The notes beneath the pieces were generated by a model. It saw only the letters and a list, made by a program, of their open reading frames with translations, made no database searches and was not told the origin of the DNA. A DNA stretch of 64,000 nucleotides from Sulfurimonas sp. Lineage in GTDB: Bacteria; Campylobacterota; Campylobacteria; Campylobacterales; Sulfurimonadaceae. This document shows positions 10,169 through 19,833 of this stretch, piece after piece; positions within the stretch are counted from its first letter, which is position 1, and every line of letters starts with the position of its first letter. Where the stretch lies: the NCBI GenBank assembly GCA_041595535.1, contig JBFHKA010000002.1, positions 20,263 to 84,262 on the forward strand. Direction: 5' to 3'. The position numbers were made by a program, and so were the translations under genes.

Positions 10169-10981
10169 ATGAACAGCAGTATCTATATAAGTTCCAAAGA
10201 TGTTTTTTTAGATACTGTGAATGCAAAAGATTATATACAGTTAGACCGTGTATCTACAATATATCAAGCACTCAAAGATTCTATAAAAAAACCTCTTAAA
10301 ATGATTCTTCTCTATGGTCGACCTGGAACAGGGAAAAGCATGTTTCTTAATAAGCTTTATAAGGATTTATCATCATCTCAGGATGTTTATCTTTATAAAA
10401 CTCCAATTTTAGACGAAAGTGAATTTTATAAACTACTTGCACAAGATATTTTTGGCACTAAATACAATGGTGAACTTAACTTCACTCAATTTATGAAAAT
10501 AGTAGACTCAAAACAATTTGATCAAATTCCTGTTGTTTTATTAGATGAAGCACAGCTGTATTCTGATGTTTTAATGGAAAAAATACGATTACTCTCTGAT
10601 ACAAGAAGCTTGAAATTTGTAATCACTCTGCATAAAACAGAAAAAGAAGACATTATTGCGAAAGAACATTTTCAAACAAGAATATGGGAAACAATAGAGC
10701 TTGAAAATGCTTCAAGTGGTGAATTGAAAATTTATATTCAAAAGAAACTTATGAAAGCAAACTGTTTTGACACTGCAAATATGTTTACAACAAAATCAGT
10801 AAATAGAATTCACAAAATTACAAATGGAAATTACAGAGATACAAATAAACTTCTCTATACTCTTTTTGATATATATACAGTATATGAAGAGAACTATAAA
10901 CACAAATCACTTAAAACACATCAAGTGCCTATCAAGCTTATTGAAATGTCTGCTATTCAAACAGGTTTAATACATGCTTAA
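10169..10981 (+). CDS. ExeA/MshM/CtsP-like AAA ATPase
   Basis: Walker A LYGRPGTGKS, Walker B VVLLDEAQ, TNGNYRDTNKL; downstream of the secretin. Confidence 0.85.
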   Translation: MNSSIYISSKDVFLDTVNAKDYIQLDRVSTIYQALKDSIKKPLKMILLYGRPGTGKSMFLNKLYKDLSSSQDVYLYKTPILDESEFYKLLAQDIFGTKYNGELNFTQFMKIVDSKQFDQIPVVLLDEAQLYSDVLMEKIRLLSDTRSLKFVITLHKTEKEDIIAKEHFQTRIWETIELENASSGELKIYIQKKLMKANCFDTANMFTTKSVNRIHKITNGNYRDTNKLLYTLFDIYTVYEENYKHKSLKTHQVPIKLIEMSAIQTGLIHA

Positions 10982-11801
10982 TATCCCAGAATTAGAAAAA
11001 AAATGGTTACGCTATAAAATCAAATCTTTTATTCCTCATGTAATTATTCTTTTGAGCTTTTTTGTTATTCTAATCTTATTTTTGACATTTATAAGTGAAG
11101 ATACAATGAATGCAGTAAAACATGAGCCAACAATAACTGTATCTTCCGTGGAGCAGGATTCAAATAGTTATTTAATGTCAAAAAAACATAAAATAGAGCC
11201 AGTGTATATAAAGCAAAAAAATGAAGTTATGAGTAATTCACAATTGCCACCAAGTTCTAGCAAACTAGAACTCAAGCCATCTTTTACTTTTATGCAAGAG
11301 ATGCAAGATTCTATGCAACCATACTACGAAAGTGAAAAACAGGAGAATTCTTCTTTATCTAAAGTAGAACAAAAAACTCCTTCATCAGTCGTAACAACTA
11401 CGGATGTAACAGAAGTAAAAGAAGAAGGTATGCAAAAAGAAACTCCTCAGGATGAAGTTTTTGAAGAGCCTATCAAAATAAATATTCAAAGAAAAAATAC
11501 TAAAAATGATATTCAAGAAATTATTAGACGATTTAAAAAAAACAACAATCCTGCACTCAGTCTTTTTGTCGCAAAAAAATATTATGAGTTAGGAGACTAC
11601 TCACAATCATATAACTATGCACTTATTACAAATCAGTTAAACAGAGATATTGAAGCAAGTTGGATTATTTTTTCAAAATCACTGGTCAAATTAGGAAAAC
11701 AAGATATGGCTATTAAAACATTAAAAGAGTATATTCAATACTCTCATTCTGAAAGGGCGATGTTACTCTTAAATGAAATCACATCGGGGAAATTTAAATG
11801 A
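10974..11801 (+). CDS. Membrane-anchored TPR protein (MshN/CtsX-like, CDC27 family)
   Basis: N-terminal TM, low-complexity S/E/Q/T linker, C-terminal TPR (AKKYYELGDYSQSYNYAL...SWIIFSKSLVKLG). Confidence 0.7.
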   Translation: MLNIPELEKKWLRYKIKSFIPHVIILLSFFVILILFLTFISEDTMNAVKHEPTITVSSVEQDSNSYLMSKKHKIEPVYIKQKNEVMSNSQLPPSSSKLELKPSFTFMQEMQDSMQPYYESEKQENSSLSKVEQKTPSSVVTTTDVTEVKEEGMQKETPQDEVFEEPIKINIQRKNTKNDIQEIIRRFKKNNNPALSLFVAKKYYELGDYSQSYNYALITNQLNRDIEASWIIFSKSLVKLGKQDMAIKTLKEYIQYSHSERAMLLLNEITSGKFK

Positions 11802-12340
11802 AAATCATTTTAGCTCTTTTTTTAACTATATCTCTCTATGCAGACATTAAAAGAGATATGTTTGATTTATATCAAAATAAAAAATTTGAAGATGTATGTA
11901 CAATGGGATTTGACAATTTTAATCAAAATAGAAAAGATGAAGAGTTTGTCTCTCTCTATGCTTTTGCTTGTTTAAATTCAGATTATATAGATAGATTGAC
12001 AGTCCCAATAGCAACGCTTAAACAATCAAAAGAATCACGTGCAAATGCCGCATATTTTTCGATAATACTTATGCAAAAAAAGTTACTTTATCATTCTCTA
12101 GTTGATAACTATAATCTTTCATCTTTTGAATTTCCAACAACAGATTATATTCTCTCTAAAGTTTTTGATCTTTACTCTCAATTAGGAGAGCATAAACCTA
12201 GGTCTTTTTATCTTTTTGAAGACCCTAAAGATCCAAAAATAACATACAAACTCTATTTATCTAAAAACTATAAACTAACTCAAATGATTATTGAAGAGTT
12301 TTATGATACAATAGCTGTTAAACGCCATGTTTACTGGTAG
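11798..12340 (+). CDS. Conserved exported hypothetical protein in the pilus operon
   Basis: Signal peptide MKIILALFLTISLYA; ATGA overlap; helical protein. Confidence 0.75.
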   Translation: MKIILALFLTISLYADIKRDMFDLYQNKKFEDVCTMGFDNFNQNRKDEEFVSLYAFACLNSDYIDRLTVPIATLKQSKESRANAAYFSIILMQKKLLYHSLVDNYNLSSFEFPTTDYILSKVFDLYSQLGEHKPRSFYLFEDPKDPKITYKLYLSKNYKLTQMIIEEFYDTIAVKRHVYW

Positions 12341-12349
12341 GAGTGACTT

Positions 12350-14086
12350 TTGGATAGAATAACGACAGACTTACTAAACAACGGCTCAATCATGAAAGGG
12401 CAAGTTGATAGACTTCTAGCAAAAGGTATTAGTGAAAACCTCATTTTAAGAGATATAACCCTTTCTGGTTTTATGACTATGGATAGGCTTATTCGTCATA
12501 TTGTACAGATGGTGAGAGATGGTGTATATAAACTCTCTATTATCGACAATTATGATTATATTCACGAAAAAGCTGTTCTAGAAAAACTAGCTCAAGAACT
12601 TAACTTACTCTTTGTAGATTTAGATTCTATTGATATGGACTATAATCTTACAAATAAAGTTCCATTAGCACAACTACAAAAACACAATGTAATTCCAATA
12701 TCACAAGATGATATGAGTGTTATTGTGGCTTTTAACGATCCCTTAGATATTGATGCCCAAGAAGCGATTCAAAGACTTTTTCCAAGAAAAGTTCTTAAAA
12801 TTGCACTTAGTACAAAAAAGCAGATAGGCTCTTACTTATATAAAATAGCTCTTAAAGACAGTGTTAAAGATTTAGTTAAAAAAATAAAAGATGAATTAAA
12901 TTCTATTAACTCTCTTGAAGAACAACAAGAAGCATCTTCCATTTTACTTCTCATTGATGTAATACTAAAAACTTGTATTAATGGTCGCGCAAGTGATATT
13001 CATATAGAACCTACAGAAAAAAACTGTGTAGTTCGTGGGCGAATAGATGGTAAACTCACTGAAATGTTTATTTTTGAAAAGGGTATCTACCCTCCTCTAG
13101 CATCACGTCTAAAACTCTTAGCTAATCTCGATATTGCAGAAAAAAGAAAGCCACAAGATGGGCGTTTTTCAACTTTAGTTGGAGCTAGGGAATATGATTT
13201 TCGTATATCTACCCTTCCTATACTCTATGGTGAGTCTATAGTTATGCGTGTACTTGATAAAGAAAAGGCACTTGTAAAACTGGAAGAGGCAGGGATGGAT
13301 ACAGCTAGTTATCATAAGTTATTAAAAGGCTTGCAAGCTCCATATGGCATTATACTAGTTACTGGTCCTACAGGTTCAGGTAAAACAACAACACTTTATG
13401 GAGCGCTCAATGAACTTAGAAATGTTGAGGACAAAGTTATTACTGTTGAAGATCCTGTTGAGTATAGAATGAACCTTATTCAACAAGTACAAGTAAACCC
13501 AAAAGTGGGGTTAAGTTTTGCTGATGCACTGCGTTCAATACTCCGTCAAGATCCAGATAAAATCATGATTGGTGAGATTCGTGATCAGGAAACACTTGAG
13601 ATTGCTATAAAAGCAGCCTTAACAGGTCACTTGGTGATTTCAACTTTGCATACAAATGATTCTATTTCTGCAATTCCTCGTATGGCAGATATGGGTATTG
13701 AGCACTACCTAATAAGTGGTGCTTTGGTTGCAATACAAGCACAACGACTTGTAAGAAAAATATGTAACTATTGTAAAACAGAAGAAACACTTTCAGCCTC
13801 TATTTTGGAGGAAATTCATGCGCATGTTCCTGAGGGAACCAAGTTTTATAAAGGAAGTGGATGCAAAGAGTGTGGAGGTAGTGGCTATATGGGGAGAGAA
13901 ATGATATGTGAAGTACTACCTATTTCAGAAGCTCTCTCTTCTTTAATAGCGAACGGTGCTTCCAAAGATGAACTATTAAGAGTTGCTCTCAAAGAGGGAT
14001 TTGTACCTATTTTTCAAAATGGAATAGAAAAAGCAGTAGAGGGAATTACTAGTATTGAAGAAATCTTAAAGGTGGCAAAAGGATGA
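12350..14086 (+). CDS. GspE/PilB/MshE (CtsE-like) assembly ATPase
   Basis: TTG start with AGGAG RBS; ASDIHIEP, PQDGR, GPTGSGKTTTLY, EDPVEY, LRQDPDKIMIGEIRD, TGHLVISTLHTN, CxxC...CxxC. Confidence 0.95.
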   Translation: MDRITTDLLNNGSIMKGQVDRLLAKGISENLILRDITLSGFMTMDRLIRHIVQMVRDGVYKLSIIDNYDYIHEKAVLEKLAQELNLLFVDLDSIDMDYNLTNKVPLAQLQKHNVIPISQDDMSVIVAFNDPLDIDAQEAIQRLFPRKVLKIALSTKKQIGSYLYKIALKDSVKDLVKKIKDELNSINSLEEQQEASSILLLIDVILKTCINGRASDIHIEPTEKNCVVRGRIDGKLTEMFIFEKGIYPPLASRLKLLANLDIAEKRKPQDGRFSTLVGAREYDFRISTLPILYGESIVMRVLDKEKALVKLEEAGMDTASYHKLLKGLQAPYGIILVTGPTGSGKTTTLYGALNELRNVEDKVITVEDPVEYRMNLIQQVQVNPKVGLSFADALRSILRQDPDKIMIGEIRDQETLEIAIKAALTGHLVISTLHTNDSISAIPRMADMGIEHYLISGALVAIQAQRLVRKICNYCKTEETLSASILEEIHAHVPEGTKFYKGSGCKECGGSGYMGREMICEVLPISEALSSLIANGASKDELLRVALKEGFVPIFQNGIEKAVEGITSIEEILKVAKG

Positions 14087-15327
14087 AATATTTTATAGCA
14101 ACTGTGTTTACAAAAGGGAAAAAAGAAGAAATACCATTCTATGCTGAAGATAAAAAAGAAGCAATGGGATATGCAAAACTTAAGTTTTCTGGCATCATTA
14201 TTAAAGTTACTGAGGCGCAAGAACCTTTAGAAGCACAATTTAAAAAGTTTAAAGCAAACTTTATGCAAAATATCCGAAAGAAAAAAATTAAGCCTGATGC
14301 ACTTATAGCCTCTATTAGACAATTAGCTGTTATGACAAACGCAGGGATTTCAATTCATGATTCTTTGAATAATATTGCTGATGCAACAACGGATGAAGCA
14401 TTAAAAATTGTATTTTCAAAACTTGCGGATGATATAAATTCAGGGCGTTCACTTTCGGCTTCAATGGATAATTTTCGTTATGAACTAGGTAATTTAACAC
14501 TTGCGATGGTTCAACTTGGAGAAAAAACAGGTAATCTTGATGAAGCGCTCTATGCACTTGCTGATATGCTAGAGGAGATCCGCGCTAACTTTATAAAATT
14601 TAAAAAAGCGATGGCATATCCTCGAAATGTTATGATTGCTATGGCTGTCGCTTTTACAATCCTTATTTCTATGGTTGTACCAAAATTTAAAGATATGTTT
14701 GAAAAGCTCCATGTTGACCTTCCTCTTCCAACAAAAATATTACTTACGCTTGAAAATCTTTTTAATAATTATGGACTTTATGTTTTAGCTGTTCTCTTCA
14801 TTTCTTTTATGACATTTAAATATCTTATAAATAACTATACTCATATTAGATATGGATGGCACAAAGTTTTACTACGAACCTATCTTATCAAAAATATTAT
14901 TATGTATTCTACTTTAAGTAGGTTTACACTCGTTTTTTCTGAGCTTATTCGAGCAGGTATTCCAATAGCCGAAGCACTTGATACTTCTATCTCCATGATA
15001 GACAATTTACCACTAAAGTCTAAGTTACTCTCTGTTAGACAAACTGTTGAACAAGGGGGAACGTTAAACAAAGGTTTACAAGATACAAAACTTTTTGAAA
15101 ATATGATTATTCAGATGATTAGTGCTGGTGAAGATAGTGGTACTCTTGATACAATGATTAAAAAAGTTGCAGAGTATTATAAAATGCGTTTTGATGCAAT
15201 TATTGATGGACTAAGTGAATCTATTGAACCAATTATGCTTTTCATTATTGCTGGTATGGTTATCTTACTTGCTCTTGGTATTTTCTTGCCTATGTGGAGT
15301 CTTGGAAGCGCTGTAGGTGGTCACTAA
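14083..15327 (+). CDS. GspF/PilC/MshG (CtsF-like) platform protein
   Basis: RQLAVMTNAGISI, GEKTGNLD, AGEDSGTLD, IEPIML...ALGIFLPMW. Confidence 0.95.
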   Translation: MKYFIATVFTKGKKEEIPFYAEDKKEAMGYAKLKFSGIIIKVTEAQEPLEAQFKKFKANFMQNIRKKKIKPDALIASIRQLAVMTNAGISIHDSLNNIADATTDEALKIVFSKLADDINSGRSLSASMDNFRYELGNLTLAMVQLGEKTGNLDEALYALADMLEEIRANFIKFKKAMAYPRNVMIAMAVAFTILISMVVPKFKDMFEKLHVDLPLPTKILLTLENLFNNYGLYVLAVLFISFMTFKYLINNYTHIRYGWHKVLLRTYLIKNIIMYSTLSRFTLVFSELIRAGIPIAEALDTSISMIDNLPLKSKLLSVRQTVEQGGTLNKGLQDTKLFENMIIQMISAGEDSGTLDTMIKKVAEYYKMRFDAIIDGLSESIEPIMLFIIAGMVILLALGIFLPMWSLGSAVGGH

Positions 15328-15335
15328 CAACCTAT

Positions 15336-15364
15336 AAAAAGAGCTTATTTATGAAGCTCTTTTA
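15336..15364. terminator. Bidirectional intrinsic terminator between convergent genes
   Basis: Perfect 11-bp inverted repeat AAAAAGAGCTT-ATTTATG-AAGCTCTTTTT with a T-tract on each strand; overlaps the yigZ stop codon. Confidence 0.85.
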
Positions 15365-15923
15365 CGACTCTTTTTACTTTTTCTAAGAATTTTTTCATAC
15401 TATTTTCATCTGATTTTAGTATGTAAACTATTTTGGCATCAAACTTTTTTTCAATAATATCTATAGATAACTCTTCACACTCGTACTCTACAAGCCTTAC
15501 ATCACTATATTCTATTTCAATAGTTTGAATACTCTCTTTTTTATACTCATAAAAAACTGCAGAATCAAAAACTAAATTCACTGCATCACTATAAGCACGA
15601 ACAAGTCCTCCTGTCCCGAGTTTTGTACCTCCAAAATATCTGACTATAATAACTGCAGAGTTAATTAATTCTTTGCCCTGAAGAACCATTAAAGATGGCT
15701 TTCCTGATGTTCCTTTTGGTTCTCCATCATCACTTGAATGTTCAACAATCTGCTCATATTCATTTAAGTATCTAAATGCAGATACAAAATGTCTTGCTTT
15801 TGGATGTTCTGCTTTAAGCTTTTGAAGTATCTCTTCATATCTGTCATAGGGGGTGAGGTGAGCAATAAACTTCGATTGCTTCACCTCAAGTGTAGTGTAG
15901 GAGTGTTCTTTTATATACAACAT
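15345..15923 (-). CDS. YigZ/IMPACT family protein
   Basis: KQSKFIA, HPKARH, DDGEPKGTSG, VRYFGGTKLGTGGLVRAY. Confidence 0.95.
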   Translation of the reverse strand: MLYIKEHSYTTLEVKQSKFIAHLTPYDRYEEILQKLKAEHPKARHFVSAFRYLNEYEQIVEHSSDDGEPKGTSGKPSLMVLQGKELINSAVIIVRYFGGTKLGTGGLVRAYSDAVNLVFDSAVFYEYKKESIQTIEIEYSDVRLVEYECEELSIDIIEKKFDAKIVYILKSDENSMKKFLEKVKRVVKELHK

Positions 15924-15926
15924 CGA

Positions 15927-16637
15927 TTATGCTAAATTTGTATATATTTTATGAACATCCTCATCATCTTCAAGTTTCTCTAATATTTTGTCTATATCTA
16001 CTTGTTGTTCTTCACTAATTTCAATAGGAGTATTTGCTATACGCTCTAAAGTTGCTTTTGTAATTTCTATACCCATACTTTCAAGCGCCTCATTTAAAGT
16101 ACCAAAACTTGTATAGTCAGCTGTTACTAAGCATAAACCATCTTCTTCCTCTATCTCTTCTAACCCAGCATCAATTAGTTCTAACTCTAACTCTTCAACG
16201 TCCATTCCTTCTTTTAAAGCAAATTCAAAAATAGCCTTACGTGCAAACATAAATTCTAATGAACCATTTGTAAGCATCTCTCCACCATTTTTGTTTAACG
16301 TGCTTTTTACATTTGCAACTGTACGTGTATTGTTGTCTGTTGCACACTCTATAAAGATTAAAACACCATGAGGGGCTTTTCCTTCAAAGTTCACTTCTGC
16401 CATATCTTTTAAATCTTTTGCAGTTGCTCGTTTAATAGCAGCATCAATATTATCTTTAGGCATGTTTTCAGCTTTAGCATTTAAAATAGCTGTACGAAGT
16501 TTAGGGTTCATATCTGGATCACCTCCCCCCTCTTTTGCTGCCATTGTAATCACTTTACCAAGTTTAGGAAACAGTTTTGACATTGCTCCCCATCTTTTTA
16601 GTTTTGATGCTTTTCTATATTCAAAGGCTCTACCCAT
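15927..16637 (-). CDS. YebC/PmpR family protein
   Basis: [54 protein letters not shown]. Confidence 0.96.
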   Translation of the reverse strand: MGRAFEYRKASKLKRWGAMSKLFPKLGKVITMAAKEGGGDPDMNPKLRTAILNAKAENMPKDNIDAAIKRATAKDLKDMAEVNFEGKAPHGVLIFIECATDNNTRTVANVKSTLNKNGGEMLTNGSLEFMFARKAIFEFALKEGMDVEELELELIDAGLEEIEEEDGLCLVTADYTSFGTLNEALESMGIEITKATLERIANTPIEISEEQQVDIDKILEKLEDDEDVHKIYTNLA

Positions 16638-16666
16638 AAATTTAATCCTAAATAATTATTTTTGAA

Positions 16667-16690
16667 ATTATATCATTTTAGATGTATAAT
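16667..16690. promoter_or_regulatory. Divergent sigma70 -10 boxes
   Basis: TATAAT on the minus strand at 16667-16672 (yebC) and on the plus strand at 16685-16690 (16709 gene). Confidence 0.6.
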
Positions 16691-16708
16691 ACGAAATAAG
16701 GAATATAT

Positions 16709-17188
16709 ATGCGACCTGGTTTTACACTCAAACACCGCTTTTTTAGTGCTTTTCGTGAAATATTTGTTCATCATCATGGTTCTCTGGAGTTTCGTGCAAA
16801 GATTTTTGCCATTCTTATCGCAGCGAATGATACACCAGCTGCTGAAAATTATGCAGTTATAAAAGACATTGGTATGCATATTTATGATGGAAATAGCGAT
16901 AGAGCCAATCTTCTCATGTTATCAACAAAAGAGCTTGTACAAAAGATTAAAGTCACGCATGAATTAGATATTGATAAATTAATACATAATATTCAACAAG
17001 AACTCAAAATCGTCCCTAGATATGCAAAAAAAATAGATATTAAAGCACTAAAACCCCTTTTATCTTTTACACATAATGCAGATACACTTTCATATCAAGA
17101 GAATATTTTAGAATTTTTAGAAAATTTAAGAAATGAAACACTTCAGACAAAAAAACATCAAATTGATGAAGATGAAAAATTAAAATAA
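16709..17188 (+). CDS. Conserved hypothetical protein
   Basis: AAGGA RBS; 159-aa helical ORF (SLEFRAKIF motif) upstream of metY. Confidence 0.75.
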   Translation: MRPGFTLKHRFFSAFREIFVHHHGSLEFRAKIFAILIAANDTPAAENYAVIKDIGMHIYDGNSDRANLLMLSTKELVQKIKVTHELDIDKLIHNIQQELKIVPRYAKKIDIKALKPLLSFTHNADTLSYQENILEFLENLRNETLQTKKHQIDEDEKLK

Positions 17189-17196
17189 ATAGGATA

Positions 17197-18468
17197 ATGC
17201 AAATGGATATACAAACAATAGCTCTACATTCAGGATATGAAAAAGATTCACAAGGGACAATGGCTGTACCAATTTACATGTCAACTGCATATGAGTTTCG
17301 TGATGTTGAACATGCAGCAAATCTCTTTGCACTCAAAGAACTTGGCAATATTTATACTCGTCTCAACAACCCTACAACAGATGTTTTTGAAAAACGTTTT
17401 GCAGAACTTGAGGGTGGTGAAGCTGCACTGGCCACTTCTAGTGGTATGAGTGCTATTTTCTTCGCAATAGCAAATGCAGCAGAAGCTGGAGACAATATCA
17501 TCTGCGCAAAACAACTCTATGGTGGTAGCCTAACATTAAATGCACATACACTTAAAAGATTTGGCATTGAAGCTCGTTTTTTTGATGTACAAAATCCTTC
17601 TGAAATTGAAGCTCTTATAGATGAAAAAACAAAAGTTATTTTTTTTGAATCTTTGACAAATCCAAGTATTGATGTAGCAGATATAGAAGCAATTACAGCC
17701 ATTGCAAATAAACACGGTATTTTGAGTGTTGTTGACAATACAGTAGCAACTCCAATTTTGTGCCGTCCTTTTGATTTTGGTGTCGATGTAACAGTGCATA
17801 GTGCCTCAAAATACACAACTGGTCAAGGCCTTGCAATTGGTGGTATCTTAGTTGAGAGAAAAGGCTTAGTAGAAAAGCTCAAAGGAAACAGTCGCTATGC
17901 ACATTTTAATACGCCAGATGGCTCTTATCATGGACTTGTATATGTAGATGTACCTCTTCCACCTTTTACGTTACGTGCAAGGTTGTCACTACTTCGAGAT
18001 ATAGGTGCTGTAAGTTCTCCATTTAACTCTTGGCTTTTTATACAAGGGATGGAAACACTTTCATTACGCATGAAGGAGCATTCAAATAATGCACTTGAAC
18101 TTGCAAAATTTTTAGAAGCACATCCGAAAGTAAAAAAAGTAAACTACCCTGGATTACAGAGTAATTCTAACTATAAAAATGCACAAAAGTATTTTAAAGA
18201 TGGACTCTCAAGTGGACTTCTAAGTTTTGAAGTAGCATCGCTTGAAGAAGCAACTAAGATTGTAAACAAAACTGAACTTTACTCACTTGTTGTAAATATT
18301 GGTGATTCAAAATCTATTATTACACATCCAGCTTCCACAACACACCAACAACTTTCAGAAGAGGAACTTGTTGCATGTGGAGTACCTGCTGGACTCATTA
18401 GAATCTCTTGTGGACTCGAATCTATTACAGATTTAATAGCCGATATAAAACAAGCTTTAGAAGATTAA
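17197..18468 (+). CDS. metY: O-acetylhomoserine aminocarboxypropyltransferase (sulfhydrylase)
   Basis: GNIYTRLNNPT, ALATSSGMSA, VDNTVAT, HSASKY (PLP Lys), NIGDSKSIITHPASTTHQQL. Confidence 0.93.
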   Translation: MQMDIQTIALHSGYEKDSQGTMAVPIYMSTAYEFRDVEHAANLFALKELGNIYTRLNNPTTDVFEKRFAELEGGEAALATSSGMSAIFFAIANAAEAGDNIICAKQLYGGSLTLNAHTLKRFGIEARFFDVQNPSEIEALIDEKTKVIFFESLTNPSIDVADIEAITAIANKHGILSVVDNTVATPILCRPFDFGVDVTVHSASKYTTGQGLAIGGILVERKGLVEKLKGNSRYAHFNTPDGSYHGLVYVDVPLPPFTLRARLSLLRDIGAVSSPFNSWLFIQGMETLSLRMKEHSNNALELAKFLEAHPKVKKVNYPGLQSNSNYKNAQKYFKDGLSSGLLSFEVASLEEATKIVNKTELYSLVVNIGDSKSIITHPASTTHQQLSEEELVACGVPAGLIRISCGLESITDLIADIKQALED

Positions 18469-18490
18469 GGTTAGCCTTAGAGCTACCCTT
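18467..18490 (+). terminator. Imperfect hairpin after metY
   Basis: AAGGTTAGC-CTTAGA-GCTACCCTT (8 of 9 bp pair); weak downstream T-run. Confidence 0.35.
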
Positions 18491-18500
18491 AAGTCATTTT

Positions 18501-18509
18501 TGCTAAAAT
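18501..18509 (+). promoter_or_regulatory. Extended -10 for metX
   Basis: TGCTAAAAT about 30 nt upstream of the TTG start. Confidence 0.4.
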
Positions 18510-18539
18510 AACATACTTATTTTTTGGAGACCTGAAGCC

Positions 18540-19646
18540 TTGTCCTTAAATCTACAAACACATACAGAGCATTTTACAAACCCTCTCTATTTAGAGAGTG
18601 GACGTATTTTAGAACCCTATGACATTACTTATGAAACATATGGGGTGCTCAATGAAGATAAAAGTAATGTTATTGTAGTTTGTCATGCACTGACAGGTAG
18701 TCATCATGCAGCAGGTCTCTATGAGGGCGACAACAAAGCTGGTTGGTGGGATGGCTTTATCGGTTCAGGTAAAGCCATAGATACAGATAAGTATTTTGTC
18801 ATCTGCTCCAATGTTATAGGAAGTTGTTTTGGTTCAACTGGACCAATGAGCTTACAGCATCCTCATCATGAACCCTATCGTTACAAGTTTCCCGTTGTAA
18901 GCATTAAAGATATGGTAAAAGCCCAACGTATACTTTTTGATAGACTCGATATTCATAGAGTTCACGCCATTGTAGGTGGTTCTATGGGTGGAATGCAAGC
19001 ACTTCAATTTGCTATTTTGTATCCTAACTTTGCAAATAAAATTATCTCACTTGCAGCTACACATGCAACACAACCTTGGGCGATTGCTTTTAATAAAATA
19101 GCACAAGAGGCAATCTTAAAAGATCCAGAGTTTAAACAGGGTTATTATGACCCAGAAGTTATTAGGGAACAGGGTCTAACTGGTATGGCTATTGGCCGTA
19201 TGGCAGGACATATTAGTTTTTTAGCTCATGAATCTATGGGTGAAAAATTTGGTCGCGAGTATAAACTCACTGATGGACTCTACGAGTTATTTGGTAAATT
19301 TCAAGTTGAATCTTATTTAGAATATAATGGTTATAATTTTTCAAAATGGTTTGATCCACTTACATATCTTTATATTATCAAAGCTATCAATATTTATGAT
19401 TTAGCGCGTGGTTTTGATTCTCTTGAAGAAGCACTTAGTAAGATAACAGCAGAACTGTATCTTATTAGTTTTAAAAATGATGTTTTATTTAAAAATTTTG
19501 AGATGAAAGAGATAAGCGATGAACTAACAAGCATTGGCAATACAAATCATCACTATCTTGATATAGATAGCGATTATGGGCATGATGCTTTTCTTGTTGA
19601 ACTAGATAAATTTGATACTTATATAAAGGATGCACTCAATGGCTAA
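18540..19646 (+). CDS. metX: Homoserine O-acetyltransferase
   Basis: TTG start with GGAGA RBS; VCHALTG, GWWD, SNVIGSCFGSTGP, GGSMGGMQA nucleophile elbow, DSDYGHDAFL. Confidence 0.95.
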   Translation: MSLNLQTHTEHFTNPLYLESGRILEPYDITYETYGVLNEDKSNVIVVCHALTGSHHAAGLYEGDNKAGWWDGFIGSGKAIDTDKYFVICSNVIGSCFGSTGPMSLQHPHHEPYRYKFPVVSIKDMVKAQRILFDRLDIHRVHAIVGGSMGGMQALQFAILYPNFANKIISLAATHATQPWAIAFNKIAQEAILKDPEFKQGYYDPEVIREQGLTGMAIGRMAGHISFLAHESMGEKFGREYKLTDGLYELFGKFQVESYLEYNGYNFSKWFDPLTYLYIIKAINIYDLARGFDSLEEALSKITAELYLISFKNDVLFKNFEMKEISDELTSIGNTNHHYLDIDSDYGHDAFLVELDKFDTYIKDALNG

Positions 19647-19833
19647 AGAGACTGTAGGTTTTGAAGAGAAACTAGAAAACTCTAAAAAAATACTAGAAAC
19701 CCTTATGAATCCAGAAATAACACTTGCAGAGAGTGTAAAAGCGTATGAAACAGGTATGAAAGAGCTCACTGAAGCACAAAAAATGCTAGAAGATGCACAG
19801 ATTAAAATTCAAGAGATAAAAGCAACGCGATGA
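19639..19833 (+). CDS. xseB: Exodeoxyribonuclease VII small subunit
   Basis: FEEKLE...ITLAESVKAYETGMKEL; start ATG19639 with AAGGA RBS. Confidence 0.88.
   Translation: MAKETVGFEEKLENSKKILETLMNPEITLAESVKAYETGMKELTEAQKMLEDAQIKIQEIKATR

Noticed and set aside
17189-18539. SAM riboswitch or attenuator for metY/metX
   Set aside because: metY has only an 8-nt gap upstream, and the 71-nt metY-metX spacer holds just a short hairpin and a -10 box.
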